Assembly (NCBI GenBank): GCA_049967655.1
Contig: JBMFSH010000011.1
Location: forward strand, 1 to 64,000
Direction: 5' to 3'
Length of the DNA: 64,000 bases
Origin: Acidobacteriota bacterium
GTDB lineage: Bacteria > Acidobacteriota > UBA4820 > DSQY01
Shown here one piece after another: positions 39,339-52,915 of the stretch. The notes below the pieces were generated by a model. That model did no database searches and was not told the DNA's origin. It was given only the letters and a program-made list of their open reading frames with translations. The translations under genes and the position numbers were made by a program. How positions within the stretch are numbered: position 1 is the stretch's first letter; each line of letters opens with the position of its first letter.

Positions 39339-39694
39339 TTCCACTCTCCACAGGGTCTCGGGGGTTTGAGGGACGGCTTTGCCGCCCCGGGGGAACGGGG
39401 TTGATGAAAACGCGGGAGGACGGCCCCTCCTCTCCTCGGACCGAGCTTCCACACCCGCATTACCGGCCTCCGGCCCGGCGAGGCCGGCGGCCCAAACTCC
39501 TATGGTGGACCCCGGGAGGCGGGCTGTCAACACGCGGGGCGAGACGTGAGCCGGGACAGGAGTGAGAGGGAATTCCGGACGGCAGATCGGGGATGGCCGC
39601 CACGGCGCCTACCCCCGACCGAGCCGCCCTCTTTCCTCCCTCAGCCATCATCCATCATCGTTCATCCGATCCGGCCTTTTGCGGACATAATAGG

Positions 39695-39723
39695 TTGACT
39701 CATAAGCCCTTCCGGGGCATAAT
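39695..39723 (+). promoter_or_regulatory. Putative sigma70 promoter of yajC-secDF
   Basis: TTGACT, 17 bp, CATAAT. Confidence 0.6.
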
Positions 39724-39891
39724 GCGGCGTTGGGACTTCCGGGCTCTCCGGAAGTCTTCTTCTGCGACCCCCCTGCGGTCCAGAACCCCCGGGATAACGG
39801 GGGCGGAGGGGAACCACGGCAGGCGGGCCGGAGGCACCGCGCCTCCCGAGCGGGGCACGGTAGGGTGGAGGTTCCCAGAAGGAGGAGTGCA

Positions 39892-40197
39892 ATGCCCTGG
39901 TTTCTCTTGATGGCTCAGCCGGCCGGGGGGGGCAGCCAAAACCCGCTGGCCGCCTTCATCCCGATCATCCTCATCATTGTGGTCTTCTATTTCCTGCTCA
40001 TCCGGCCCCAGCAGAAGCGGGCGAAGTCCCACCGGATGATGCTGGATGCCCTCAAAACGGGGGACCAGGTGGTGACCATCGGCGGGATCCGGGGCAGCGT
40101 CACGGCCGTGGATCAGGACACCGTGGTCCTCCGCGTGGCCGAAAACGTGAAGCTCACCTTCAACAAGTCGGCCATCGCCGGACTCATCAAGGAATAA
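39892..40197 (+). CDS. yajC: Preprotein translocase subunit YajC
   Basis: VFYFLLIRPQQKR, LKTGDQVVTIGGIRG, KSAIA; AGGAGG RBS. Confidence 0.95.
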   Translation: MPWFLLMAQPAGGGSQNPLAAFIPIILIIVVFYFLLIRPQQKRAKSHRMMLDALKTGDQVVTIGGIRGSVTAVDQDTVVLRVAENVKLTFNKSAIAGLIKE

Positions 40198-40207
40198 GGG
40201 GGCATCC

Positions 40208-42976
40208 ATGCGCGACAGCATCAAGTGGCGGCTCCTCCTGACCCTCGCCGTCATCGCGTTGAGCGTCTTTTTCTTCTTCCACAACGGCCTCAAGGAGGGC
40301 CTCGACCTGAAGGGCGGCGTCCACCTGGTCCTGCTGATGGACACCGACGTCTCCGTGTACAACCGGGTCCAAACCGACATCCGGACGGTCGAAGATACGC
40401 TCAAGAATAAAAACATTCCCTATTCCCAGGTTTACTCCAACAAGCCGGACATCAACACCATCGTGGTGGAGGGGAGCGACCCGAACCTGGGGCTCGCCGT
40501 CCGAAACCTGGCCGACGGCTCGCTGAACAACTACAGCTTCGCCTCCCAGGGTATCGGCCACTACACACTGACGCTCAAGAATGCCTTCGAACAGAAGCTG
40601 AGGGACCAGGCCGTCCAGCAGTCGGTGGAGGTGATCCGGAACCGCATCGACAAGTATGGCGTTTCCGAACCCTCCATCCACAGGGAGCTCGGCTCCAACA
40701 AGATCGTGGTCGAGTTGCCTGGGGTGCAGGACTCCACCGAGATCAAGGCCCTCATCGGCAAGGCCGCCCAGCTCGAGTGGCACCTGGGGGTCAAGCCCAC
40801 CCAGGGAGCCGCCTCCAAGGAGGAGATCCTTAAGGATTACGGCGGCACGCTGCCGCCCGACGTGGAGATCCTGCCTGGCAGCAAGGAGAAGTTTGGCGGG
40901 CAGGTCTACTTCGCCGTGAAGAGCGTGGCCCCCATTACGGGCGCCGACATCGAGGAGGTCCGCGTGGAATCGGGCCAGTTTGGTGAACCGGTCGTGGGCT
41001 TCCAGCTCTCCGCGTCGGCTGGCGAACGCTTCCGGCAGTTCACCCGGGCTCACCTCCACGAGCCGCTGGACATCATCCTGGATGGCGTGGTCATCTCCAC
41101 GCCCACCATCAACGCCGAGATCGGCGACCGCGGGGTCATCGAGGGCCGCTTCACGCCGCAGGAGGCCCAGGATCTCGTCTTCCAGCTCAAATCCGGGGCC
41201 CTGCCCGCCATTCCAAAATTCGCAGAGGAGCGCACCGTCGGCCCCAGCCTGGGCATGGACTCCATCCGCAAGGGAACCATCTCGGGCCTCGTGGGCCTCA
41301 TCGCCATCTTGATCTTCATGTTGGGCTACTACCGGCTTGCCGGCCTCAACGCCAACATCTGCCTCATGCTGAACCTCGTGATCCTGACCGGGGTCATGTG
41401 CATCTTCGGCTTCACCCTTACCGTGCCCGGCATCGCCGGTGTCATCCTCACGCTGGGCATGGCCATCGACGCCAACGTCCTGGTCTTCGAGCGGATGAAG
41501 GACGAGATCATCGAGAAGAAGTCCGTTCTCACGGCCATCGCCAACGGCTTCTCGAAGGCCTTCATCACGATCTTCGACACCCACGTGACGGACTGGGTGT
41601 CGGCTCTGTTCCTCCTGCAGTTCGGCACCGGCCCCGTGCGTGGTTTCGCCGTGACCTTGACGGTGGGCCTGCTGGCTAACATGTTCACCGCCGTCTTCGT
41701 CTCCCGCCTCATGTTCGACATCGAGACCCACTTCCGCACGGGCGGCGGGAAGAAGGCCGCCACCATCTCCATCGGCCCCATCCACTCCTTCCGCGGCACC
41801 AAGATCCCCTTCATGAAGTACAAGGTCCACTTCATCGTGGCCTCCTTCATCCTCATCGGCATCGGCATGTGGAGCGTGGTGACGCGGGGAATGAATTGGG
41901 GCATCGACTTCCGAGGCGGCCAGGAGATCCAGGTGCGCTTCATTCACCCGGTCAACGCCCGCGCCGTGGAGGCCGCCCTCGCCAAGAGCGTGAAGGGTAC
42001 GGTCACGGTGGTGCGCTTCGGCAAGCCCGAGGACAACACCATCCTCATCCGGATGGACGCCCGAGACGACAAGGGTGCCCTCCTGTCCGAGGACGCCATC
42101 GCCAAGCGGAGCCAGCAGATCCTTGCCGGGCTGAGGACGCCGCAGGACGACGCCGAGCTGGCCGCCCATCAGCTCGACCTCAACACCGCCAACACCAAGG
42201 ACGTGGAAGATCTGATCTCCACCGCCATCACGAGCGGCGCCATTTCCGGGACGCAGGAGCAACCAGCGGAGGTGGCCCAGGCCATCTACAACGCCCGGCG
42301 CGACCAGGGCGGTGTGCTGCCCAGCCTGGATGCCATCCGAAGCGTAAAGGGGATGACCGAACCCCTCTTCGCCTACCTGAAGGCCCACGCCTTCGCCGGG
42401 AGTTACGGCATCCAAAGCATCGACATGGTGGGCCCCACCGTGGGACGGGAGCTCAAGACCAAGGCCATCGAGGCCGTTATCGGCTCGCTCATCGGCATTT
42501 TGCTCTACGCCTGGTTCCGATTCCAGTTCCGCTTCAGCGTGGGCGCCATCCTCTCCCTGGTGCACGATACGGCCATGGCCATCGGCGCCCTCTCCCTCTT
42601 CCGGGTAGAGGTGAACCTGCCCACCATCGCCGCGCTACTCACCCTGCTCGGGTACTCCATCAACGACACCATCGTGGTCTTCGACCGCATCCGTGAGCAC
42701 ATGAAGCTCACGCGCAAACAGGAGGACGACGAGCTCTTCGACAAGGCCATCAACGAGACCCTCTCCCGGACGCTCATCACCTCCATGCTCACCTTCTTCG
42801 TTGTGGTCGCCATGCTGCTCTTCGGCGGCGAGGTGCTCTACTCCTTCTCCTTCGTCATGACCGTGGGCATCATCGTGGGCACCTACTCCTCCATCTTCGT
42901 GGCGAGCCCCTACGTGCTCTGGTGGAACAAGCTCGGCCTCCAGAAGTACTTCACCAAGAAGAAGCGCCGCCGCTAG
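40208..42976 (+). CDS. secDF: Protein translocase subunit SecDF (fusion) with an extra periplasmic HhH-like insertion
   Basis: GLDLKGG, RNRIDKYGVSEP, TVGPSLG, GMAIDANV..FER, GIDFRGG, VGPTVG.EL, GYSINDTIVVFDRIRE, TLSRT. Confidence 0.95.
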   Translation: MRDSIKWRLLLTLAVIALSVFFFFHNGLKEGLDLKGGVHLVLLMDTDVSVYNRVQTDIRTVEDTLKNKNIPYSQVYSNKPDINTIVVEGSDPNLGLAVRNLADGSLNNYSFASQGIGHYTLTLKNAFEQKLRDQAVQQSVEVIRNRIDKYGVSEPSIHRELGSNKIVVELPGVQDSTEIKALIGKAAQLEWHLGVKPTQGAASKEEILKDYGGTLPPDVEILPGSKEKFGGQVYFAVKSVAPITGADIEEVRVESGQFGEPVVGFQLSASAGERFRQFTRAHLHEPLDIILDGVVISTPTINAEIGDRGVIEGRFTPQEAQDLVFQLKSGALPAIPKFAEERTVGPSLGMDSIRKGTISGLVGLIAILIFMLGYYRLAGLNANICLMLNLVILTGVMCIFGFTLTVPGIAGVILTLGMAIDANVLVFERMKDEIIEKKSVLTAIANGFSKAFITIFDTHVTDWVSALFLLQFGTGPVRGFAVTLTVGLLANMFTAVFVSRLMFDIETHFRTGGGKKAATISIGPIHSFRGTKIPFMKYKVHFIVASFILIGIGMWSVVTRGMNWGIDFRGGQEIQVRFIHPVNARAVEAALAKSVKGTVTVVRFGKPEDNTILIRMDARDDKGALLSEDAIAKRSQQILAGLRTPQDDAELAAHQLDLNTANTKDVEDLISTAITSGAISGTQEQPAEVAQAIYNARRDQGGVLPSLDAIRSVKGMTEPLFAYLKAHAFAGSYGIQSIDMVGPTVGRELKTKAIEAVIGSLIGILLYAWFRFQFRFSVGAILSLVHDTAMAIGALSLFRVEVNLPTIAALLTLLGYSINDTIVVFDRIREHMKLTRKQEDDELFDKAINETLSRTLITSMLTFFVVVAMLLFGGEVLYSFSFVMTVGIIVGTYSSIFVASPYVLWWNKLGLQKYFTKKKRRR

Positions 42977-43061
42977 GCGGTGGAGGGTGGAGGGTGGAGA
43001 GGGCGAGCCAGCTTCCACCTGCCGGATGGGTATTAGGTAGCCATAGCACCCGATAAGCGAG

Positions 43062-43096
43062 AAGGCCCGGGGCAAAACCCCGGGCCTTTTTCTTTC
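43062..43096. terminator. Intrinsic terminator between convergent secDF and tal
   Basis: AAGGCCCGGGG-CAAAA-CCCCGGGCCTT followed by TTTCTTTC. Confidence 0.85.
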
Positions 43097-43122
43097 TTCC
43101 CCGTTTCCCTGTCTTGCTGTCT

Positions 43123-43761
43123 CTATCTCTTCTCCCAGTCTCTCAGGAAGCGCTCGATGCCGATGTCCGTGAGGGGGTGTTTCAGGCACTGCTCCAGCAC
43201 CTTGTAGGGGACCGTGGCGATGTCCGAGCCGGCCAAAGCCGCATCGATCACGTGGAGGGGGCTGCGGACGGAGGCGGTGATGATCTCGCACTCGGGGTCG
43301 TAATTGTCGAAGATGGCCCTCACCTGCTCCACCAGCTCCATGCCCACGTGGCCCACGTCGTCCAGCCGGCCCACGAAGGGCGAGATGAAGGAGGCTCCGG
43401 CCTTGGCGGCCAGGAGCGCCTGGGCGGGCGAGAAGATGAGGGTGACGTTGGTGCGGATACCCTGCCCCTTGAGGGCGTGGACCGCCTTCAGCCCCTCGGC
43501 CGTCATGGGCACTTTGATGACCACGTTCTTGTGGATGGCCGCCAGCGGCTTGGCCTCGGCCACCATGGCCTCGGCGGTCGTGGCGGTCACCTCCGCCGAG
43601 ACGGGGCCGTCCACGATGGAGCAGATCTCCGCCACGACCTCCTCGAACTTGCGTCCGCTCTGGGCGATGAGGCTCGGGTTGGTGGTGACCCCGTCCACCA
43701 CGCCCCAGGCGTGGGCGGCGCGGATCTCCTCGACGATGGCCGTGTCCAGAAAAATTTTCAT
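43123..43761 (-). CDS. tal: Transaldolase / fructose-6-phosphate aldolase (short type)
   Basis: [54 protein letters not shown]. Confidence 0.93.
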   Translation of the reverse strand: MKIFLDTAIVEEIRAAHAWGVVDGVTTNPSLIAQSGRKFEEVVAEICSIVDGPVSAEVTATTAEAMVAEAKPLAAIHKNVVIKVPMTAEGLKAVHALKGQGIRTNVTLIFSPAQALLAAKAGASFISPFVGRLDDVGHVGMELVEQVRAIFDNYDPECEIITASVRSPLHVIDAALAGSDIATVPYKVLEQCLKHPLTDIGIERFLRDWEKR

Positions 43762-43791
43762 GCGTTCCCTCCTCGCCGGCGGCGCCCCGCC

Positions 43792-46308
<2,517 letters not shown>

Positions 46309-46439
46309 GGGTTGCCCTCTGGAAAACGTCCTTCGCTAGAGAATCCGAGGACAGGGGACGGGAGGCCGAGATTCCTTTTTCCCCGACACTACTCCGACCT
46401 CACCTCTTCTGGTCCCTTGTCCCATGTCCCCTATCCCTA

Positions 46440-48884
<2,445 letters not shown>

Positions 48885-49958
48885 TTACGTCGCCGGCGGG
48901 AACTCTTCCAACACCCTTCCCGATTCCACGCGAAAAATCGTCGAGGGTTTGAGGGAGGGCAGGTCGGGCCTCGTGGCCGTGACCACGAGCTGGGCTCTTC
49001 CCTGCGTCAGGTCCATCAGCTGCCCGATGCGCTCCCTGTCCAGCTCCGCCTCCACGTCGTCCAGCAAGAAAAGGGGGGGCCTCTCGCCCCGTTCGGAGAG
49101 GACCTGCACTCGTGATAATTTCAGCATCCACAAGGCCGACCGAATCTGTCCCGATGAGCCGTAGCTCCCGATGGGCCTTCCATCCAGGAGAATCTGGACC
49201 TGGTCCCGCTGAGGCCCCGCCAGGGAGACGCCGCGGCGGATCTCCTGGGCCCGGGCTTCCCGCATTGCCCTTTCCAAATCCTCGCCCCCGCTGGGTTCGT
49301 ACACCAACTCGATGTGCTCGTCAAAATTCAACCTCTGCCGGAGGGATTTCAGGGCGCCGTTGATCGTCTCGGCGGCCGCCTTTCGCTCCAGTCTGATCGG
49401 GGAGGCCAGTCGGCGGAATGTATCGCTCCAGGCATCCAGCTCCCGAGCCCTTCGGGGCGAGTAGTCCCGCAGAACCTGATTCCGCTGATCCTTGCACCGG
49501 CCGAAGGCCAGAAGCGTATCGAGGTGGGCGGGGCGTCTCCAGACCGCCGTGGCATCAAGAAAGTTCCTCCGATGCCGCGGGGACCCTTCCACCAAACCGC
49601 GGTCCTCCACGCTCAAGACTACCACAGGCAAGCCCTGAACGTAAGTCGCCAGGGGGACGGACTGCCCGTCGCGGCGGTACTGCCTCCCCCGCCGGCTCAG
49701 GTGAAGGGTGAGGAGGTGGCGGACCTTTTCCCCCTCCACGGAGGCCTCCAGCGTGGCCGACTCCTGCCCGTGGGCGATCAGGACTTCGGACCGGCTTTCG
49801 CGGAAGGAGCGCGTCGTCGCTATCAGGTAGAGGGCTTCAAGAAGGTTGGTCTTTCCCTGCGCGTTGGCCCCGTAAAACAGGGTAACGGGCCCGCGGAAGT
49901 CGATCCGCGAGCCCGCCAGATTGCGAAAGCCCTTCACGCTCAGCGAGTGGAGCCTCAA
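48885..49958 (-). CDS. recF: DNA replication and repair protein RecF
   Basis: FRNL, GANAQGKTNLLEA, GPQRD, GSSGQ, LLDDVEAELD; lies between dnaN and gyrB. Confidence 0.93.
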   Translation of the reverse strand: MRLHSLSVKGFRNLAGSRIDFRGPVTLFYGANAQGKTNLLEALYLIATTRSFRESRSEVLIAHGQESATLEASVEGEKVRHLLTLHLSRRGRQYRRDGQSVPLATYVQGLPVVVLSVEDRGLVEGSPRHRRNFLDATAVWRRPAHLDTLLAFGRCKDQRNQVLRDYSPRRARELDAWSDTFRRLASPIRLERKAAAETINGALKSLRQRLNFDEHIELVYEPSGGEDLERAMREARAQEIRRGVSLAGPQRDQVQILLDGRPIGSYGSSGQIRSALWMLKLSRVQVLSERGERPPLFLLDDVEAELDRERIGQLMDLTQGRAQLVVTATRPDLPSLKPSTIFRVESGRVLEEFPPAT

Positions 49959-51082
49959 TCAAACCTCAGGGGCATGACGACGTACTTGTGGATCAACTCC
50001 CCCTCTCCACGCAGAGGCTGAAAGAGAACCTGGTAGTAAGGATCTCTCATGGCCATGACGATCTTCTCGGCATCACTCACCGTGAGGAAGTCAATCAGAT
50101 AATCCACGTTGAAGACGATGCCAATGGCCTCCCCCTCATAGCTCTCGCTGGTGAGGTATTCGCGACCCTCGTCGCCCGTCTCCTGATTGCGGACCATCAC
50201 CTCCAAAGTCCCAGCAGGATCGAAGGCCACACTGACCGCCCTGGTCTTGCTCTCGGCCACCATGGAGACCCTCTTGAGCCTTTCCAGGAAAGCCGTCCGT
50301 GAGAGGATCGCCTTCTTGTCGGATTCGGCGGGCAGGACCTTCTCGTAAGCAGGGAAGGTCGTGTCCATGAGCCTGCTGTAGAGGAAGCGCCGGCCCATCT
50401 CCAGAAAAACGTGGTTGTCCCTGAAGGCGAGGGTGACGCCGTCGGCGTCCTCCAGCTTCAGAAACTCCGTCAGGGTCTTCCTAGGGATGAGCACGCGCAG
50501 AGGCTTCTCCACAGCCAGAGGGCCGTTCCACTGGGAATAGGTCAACCGGTGGGAGTCGGTGGAGACCATGGTGAGCTGATCCGGTTCCAGGATCAGCAGG
50601 CCGCCCCGTACCGAGAAGCGGTTGTCCTCCACGCCGACAGAAACCAGAACCTCTGAAATGCAGCGCTTGAACACCGAGGTGGGAATCTTCAGTTGCTGGG
50701 TCTCTCCCGAGCCCAGAAGGGTGGGGTAGTCTTCCTCGGGAAGGGTCTGGAGGTGATACTCCTGCCTGCCTCCCACGGGCTGAAGAAAGAGTTTTCCTTC
50801 GGCCGTCGTCTTGAGGGATAGGGGTGCGTCGGAGGTGGCGAAGGCCCGCACGATGGAGCCGAATTTACGCGCTGGAACGGTGATTCCACCCGGGGAGACC
50901 ACCTCGGCTGGGCACTGCGTTCGCAAGGTGACCTCCAGATCGGTGGCCGCCAGTTCCACGTGGTCCCCTTCCGCCTTCAGCAGCAGATTGGACAGGATGG
51001 GGATGGTGGCCTTGCTTTCGATGACGCCGAGCGCGAGGTTCAACTCGGACTGCAGGGCCCGCGCATCAACTCTGATGTCCAT
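49955..51082 (-). CDS. dnaN: DNA polymerase III beta sliding clamp
   Basis: TIPILSN, ATDLE, STDSHRL, FPAYEKV, FNVDYLIDFL, YVVMPLR. Confidence 0.97.
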   Translation of the reverse strand: MDIRVDARALQSELNLALGVIESKATIPILSNLLLKAEGDHVELAATDLEVTLRTQCPAEVVSPGGITVPARKFGSIVRAFATSDAPLSLKTTAEGKLFLQPVGGRQEYHLQTLPEEDYPTLLGSGETQQLKIPTSVFKRCISEVLVSVGVEDNRFSVRGGLLILEPDQLTMVSTDSHRLTYSQWNGPLAVEKPLRVLIPRKTLTEFLKLEDADGVTLAFRDNHVFLEMGRRFLYSRLMDTTFPAYEKVLPAESDKKAILSRTAFLERLKRVSMVAESKTRAVSVAFDPAGTLEVMVRNQETGDEGREYLTSESYEGEAIGIVFNVDYLIDFLTVSDAEKIVMAMRDPYYQVLFQPLRGEGELIHKYVVMPLRFD

Positions 51083-51103
51083 AGGTATCCCTCCTAATCA
51101 GCA

Positions 51104-51275
51104 AAGAAGAAGTAGTAGGACCTGTGGATCCGTGAAAAAATGGCGTAACTGCTTGCGAAGTAGAGAAAAATCCTCTACTGGAAATTGTGGATAATACCGG
51201 CGGGACACCTGCAAAAACGACCTTACCTTCCCCCATAGCGTTTTTCCACATCCCTTCGACAGCCTGTTTTGCACA
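51104..51275. other. oriC unwinding sub-region between dnaA and dnaN: DnaA boxes and DnaA-trios
   Basis: TGTGGATAA (51186-51194, perfect), TTTTCCACA (51242), TTTTGCACA (51267), tandem TGTGGATCC/CGTGAAAAA (51123-51139) next to AAGAAGAAGTAGTAG; AT-rich. Confidence 0.85.
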
Positions 51276-51289
51276 GCCGCCCCCTATCT

Positions 51290-52633
51290 TCAGTGTAATG
51301 CCTGGATAAAATTGTGGATCTGCTGTTGAATTCCTGGGTCCTTGGCCATTCGCTCCTCCACCTTCCGAATGGAGTGAAGCACCGTTGTATGATGCTTGCC
51401 GCCGAACTTGCGGCCGATCTCGGGAAGGGAGGCGTCGGTGAGTTCCTTGCATAGGTACATGGCCAGCTGCCGCGGCACGACCACGTCGGCCTTATTGGTC
51501 TTGGCCTTCAGGTCCGCCAGCTTCATCTTGAAGGCGGCCGCCACGTGCTTCTGAATGGCCTCCACGGTGAGGGCGTGACCGTCCTCGTGAAAGAGGCTCT
51601 GAAAGGTCTCACGGGCGAGATCGAGGGTGATCGGCTTGCCCTTGAAGTTGGAGAAGGCAATCAGCCTGAGCAGGCACCCTTCCAACTCGCGGATGTTGCT
51701 CTTGATTCTGCTGGCGATGAAGAGGGCCACCTCCTCGGGGATGGCAATCTTGTGGGCCTCCGCCTTCTTGTACAGGATGGCCACCTTGGTTTCCAGCTCC
51801 GGGGGCTGGATGTCGGCGATCAGGCCCCATTCGAAGCGGGAGCGCAGCCGCTCCTCGATGCTCTGCAGGTCTCGCGGCGGGCAGTCGCTGGAGAGGACGA
51901 TCTGCTTCTGCGCCTCGTGGAGAGCGTTGAACGTATGAAAGAGCTCCTCCTGGGTCCCGGCCTTGCCGGCCAGGAACTGCACGTCATCCAACAGAAGGAC
52001 GTCCACCTGCCGGTATCGTTCACGGAACTCCGGCTGCTGCCGGTGCGCGATGGAGCTGATCATCTCGTTCATGAACCGCTCGGTGGAGAGGTAGGAGATT
52101 CGGAGAGAGGGAAAGTGGGTGAGCAGCTCCTGGCCGATGGACTGCATGAGGTGGGTCTTGCCGAGCCCCACACCGCCGTAGATGTAAAGCGGATTGTAGG
52201 ACTTGGAGGGAGTCTGGGCCACGGCCTGGCATGCGGCGAAGGCGAATCGGTTGGAGGGGCCGACGACGAAGGAGTCGAACCTGTAGTTCGAATTGAGGCT
52301 GAACGGACGCCCCGCCGGGGCGCCGGTCTTGGGCCGCGTCTCGGACGGGAGAACGACTGGCGCGGAAAGAACCAGGTCCTGGGAGGGATCATCGGAGAGG
52401 TCCACCAGCTCCACGGTCACCTCTCCTAGCCCCAGCTCCTGGGCCACCTCAGAAAACAAACTGGAGTAGTGATTCTCGATCCACTCCCTGAACAGGGGGT
52501 TGGGCACTTGGACGTACAGTCTGTGTCCGTCCATACGAAGGCACTTGAGGGGCTTGAACCAAGTGCTGAAGTTGGTCTCGGAAACCCTGCCTTTGACGCC
52601 GTTCAGCAGTTTGGTCCACGTGTTGGAGGACAT
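51290..52633 (-). CDS. dnaA: Chromosomal replication initiator DnaA
   Basis: YNPLYIYGGVGLGKTHL, LLLDDVQF, RLRSRFEWGL, SNIRELEG, SLPEIGRKFGGKHHTTVLH. Confidence 0.98.
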   Translation of the reverse strand: MSSNTWTKLLNGVKGRVSETNFSTWFKPLKCLRMDGHRLYVQVPNPLFREWIENHYSSLFSEVAQELGLGEVTVELVDLSDDPSQDLVLSAPVVLPSETRPKTGAPAGRPFSLNSNYRFDSFVVGPSNRFAFAACQAVAQTPSKSYNPLYIYGGVGLGKTHLMQSIGQELLTHFPSLRISYLSTERFMNEMISSIAHRQQPEFRERYRQVDVLLLDDVQFLAGKAGTQEELFHTFNALHEAQKQIVLSSDCPPRDLQSIEERLRSRFEWGLIADIQPPELETKVAILYKKAEAHKIAIPEEVALFIASRIKSNIRELEGCLLRLIAFSNFKGKPITLDLARETFQSLFHEDGHALTVEAIQKHVAAAFKMKLADLKAKTNKADVVVPRQLAMYLCKELTDASLPEIGRKFGGKHHTTVLHSIRKVEERMAKDPGIQQQIHNFIQALH

Positions 52634-52665
52634 GTTTTCACAGCCTTATGCACAGATGTGGAAAA
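52634..52665. promoter_or_regulatory. DnaA box cluster immediately upstream of dnaA
   Basis: GTTTTCACA (52634), TTATGCACA (52646), TGTGGAAAA (52657). Confidence 0.78.
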
Positions 52666-52915
52666 CTCCGCCGTGCTCTCTCCCGGGTCCCGAAGCGGGC
52701 GCGAAATCAGAACTCCCGTCCCGGGCCTGGTGCAAACCGGCCGTGAAGAGAGAGTTTTGCCCCTGGGATCGCGGCTGCGTTCGGAGCACTCCCTTCCCTG
52801 GACCCGGACGACCAGTACCATTTCTAGTATGCCCCCGGACCTCCCTCGAAGGGAAGTCCCCCTCCACCGTCGGGGGCGCCCCCTAAGCTTGGCTCTTTCG
52901 ACAAGAAGACTTACG

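Noticed and set aside
40187..42565. 792-aa ORF on the - strand
   Set aside because: Antisense shadow of secDF
52469..52915. N-terminal extension of the ppx ORF overlapping dnaA
   Set aside because: It overlaps the dnaA start and DnaA boxes on the opposite strand; Ppx similarity begins only near 53050
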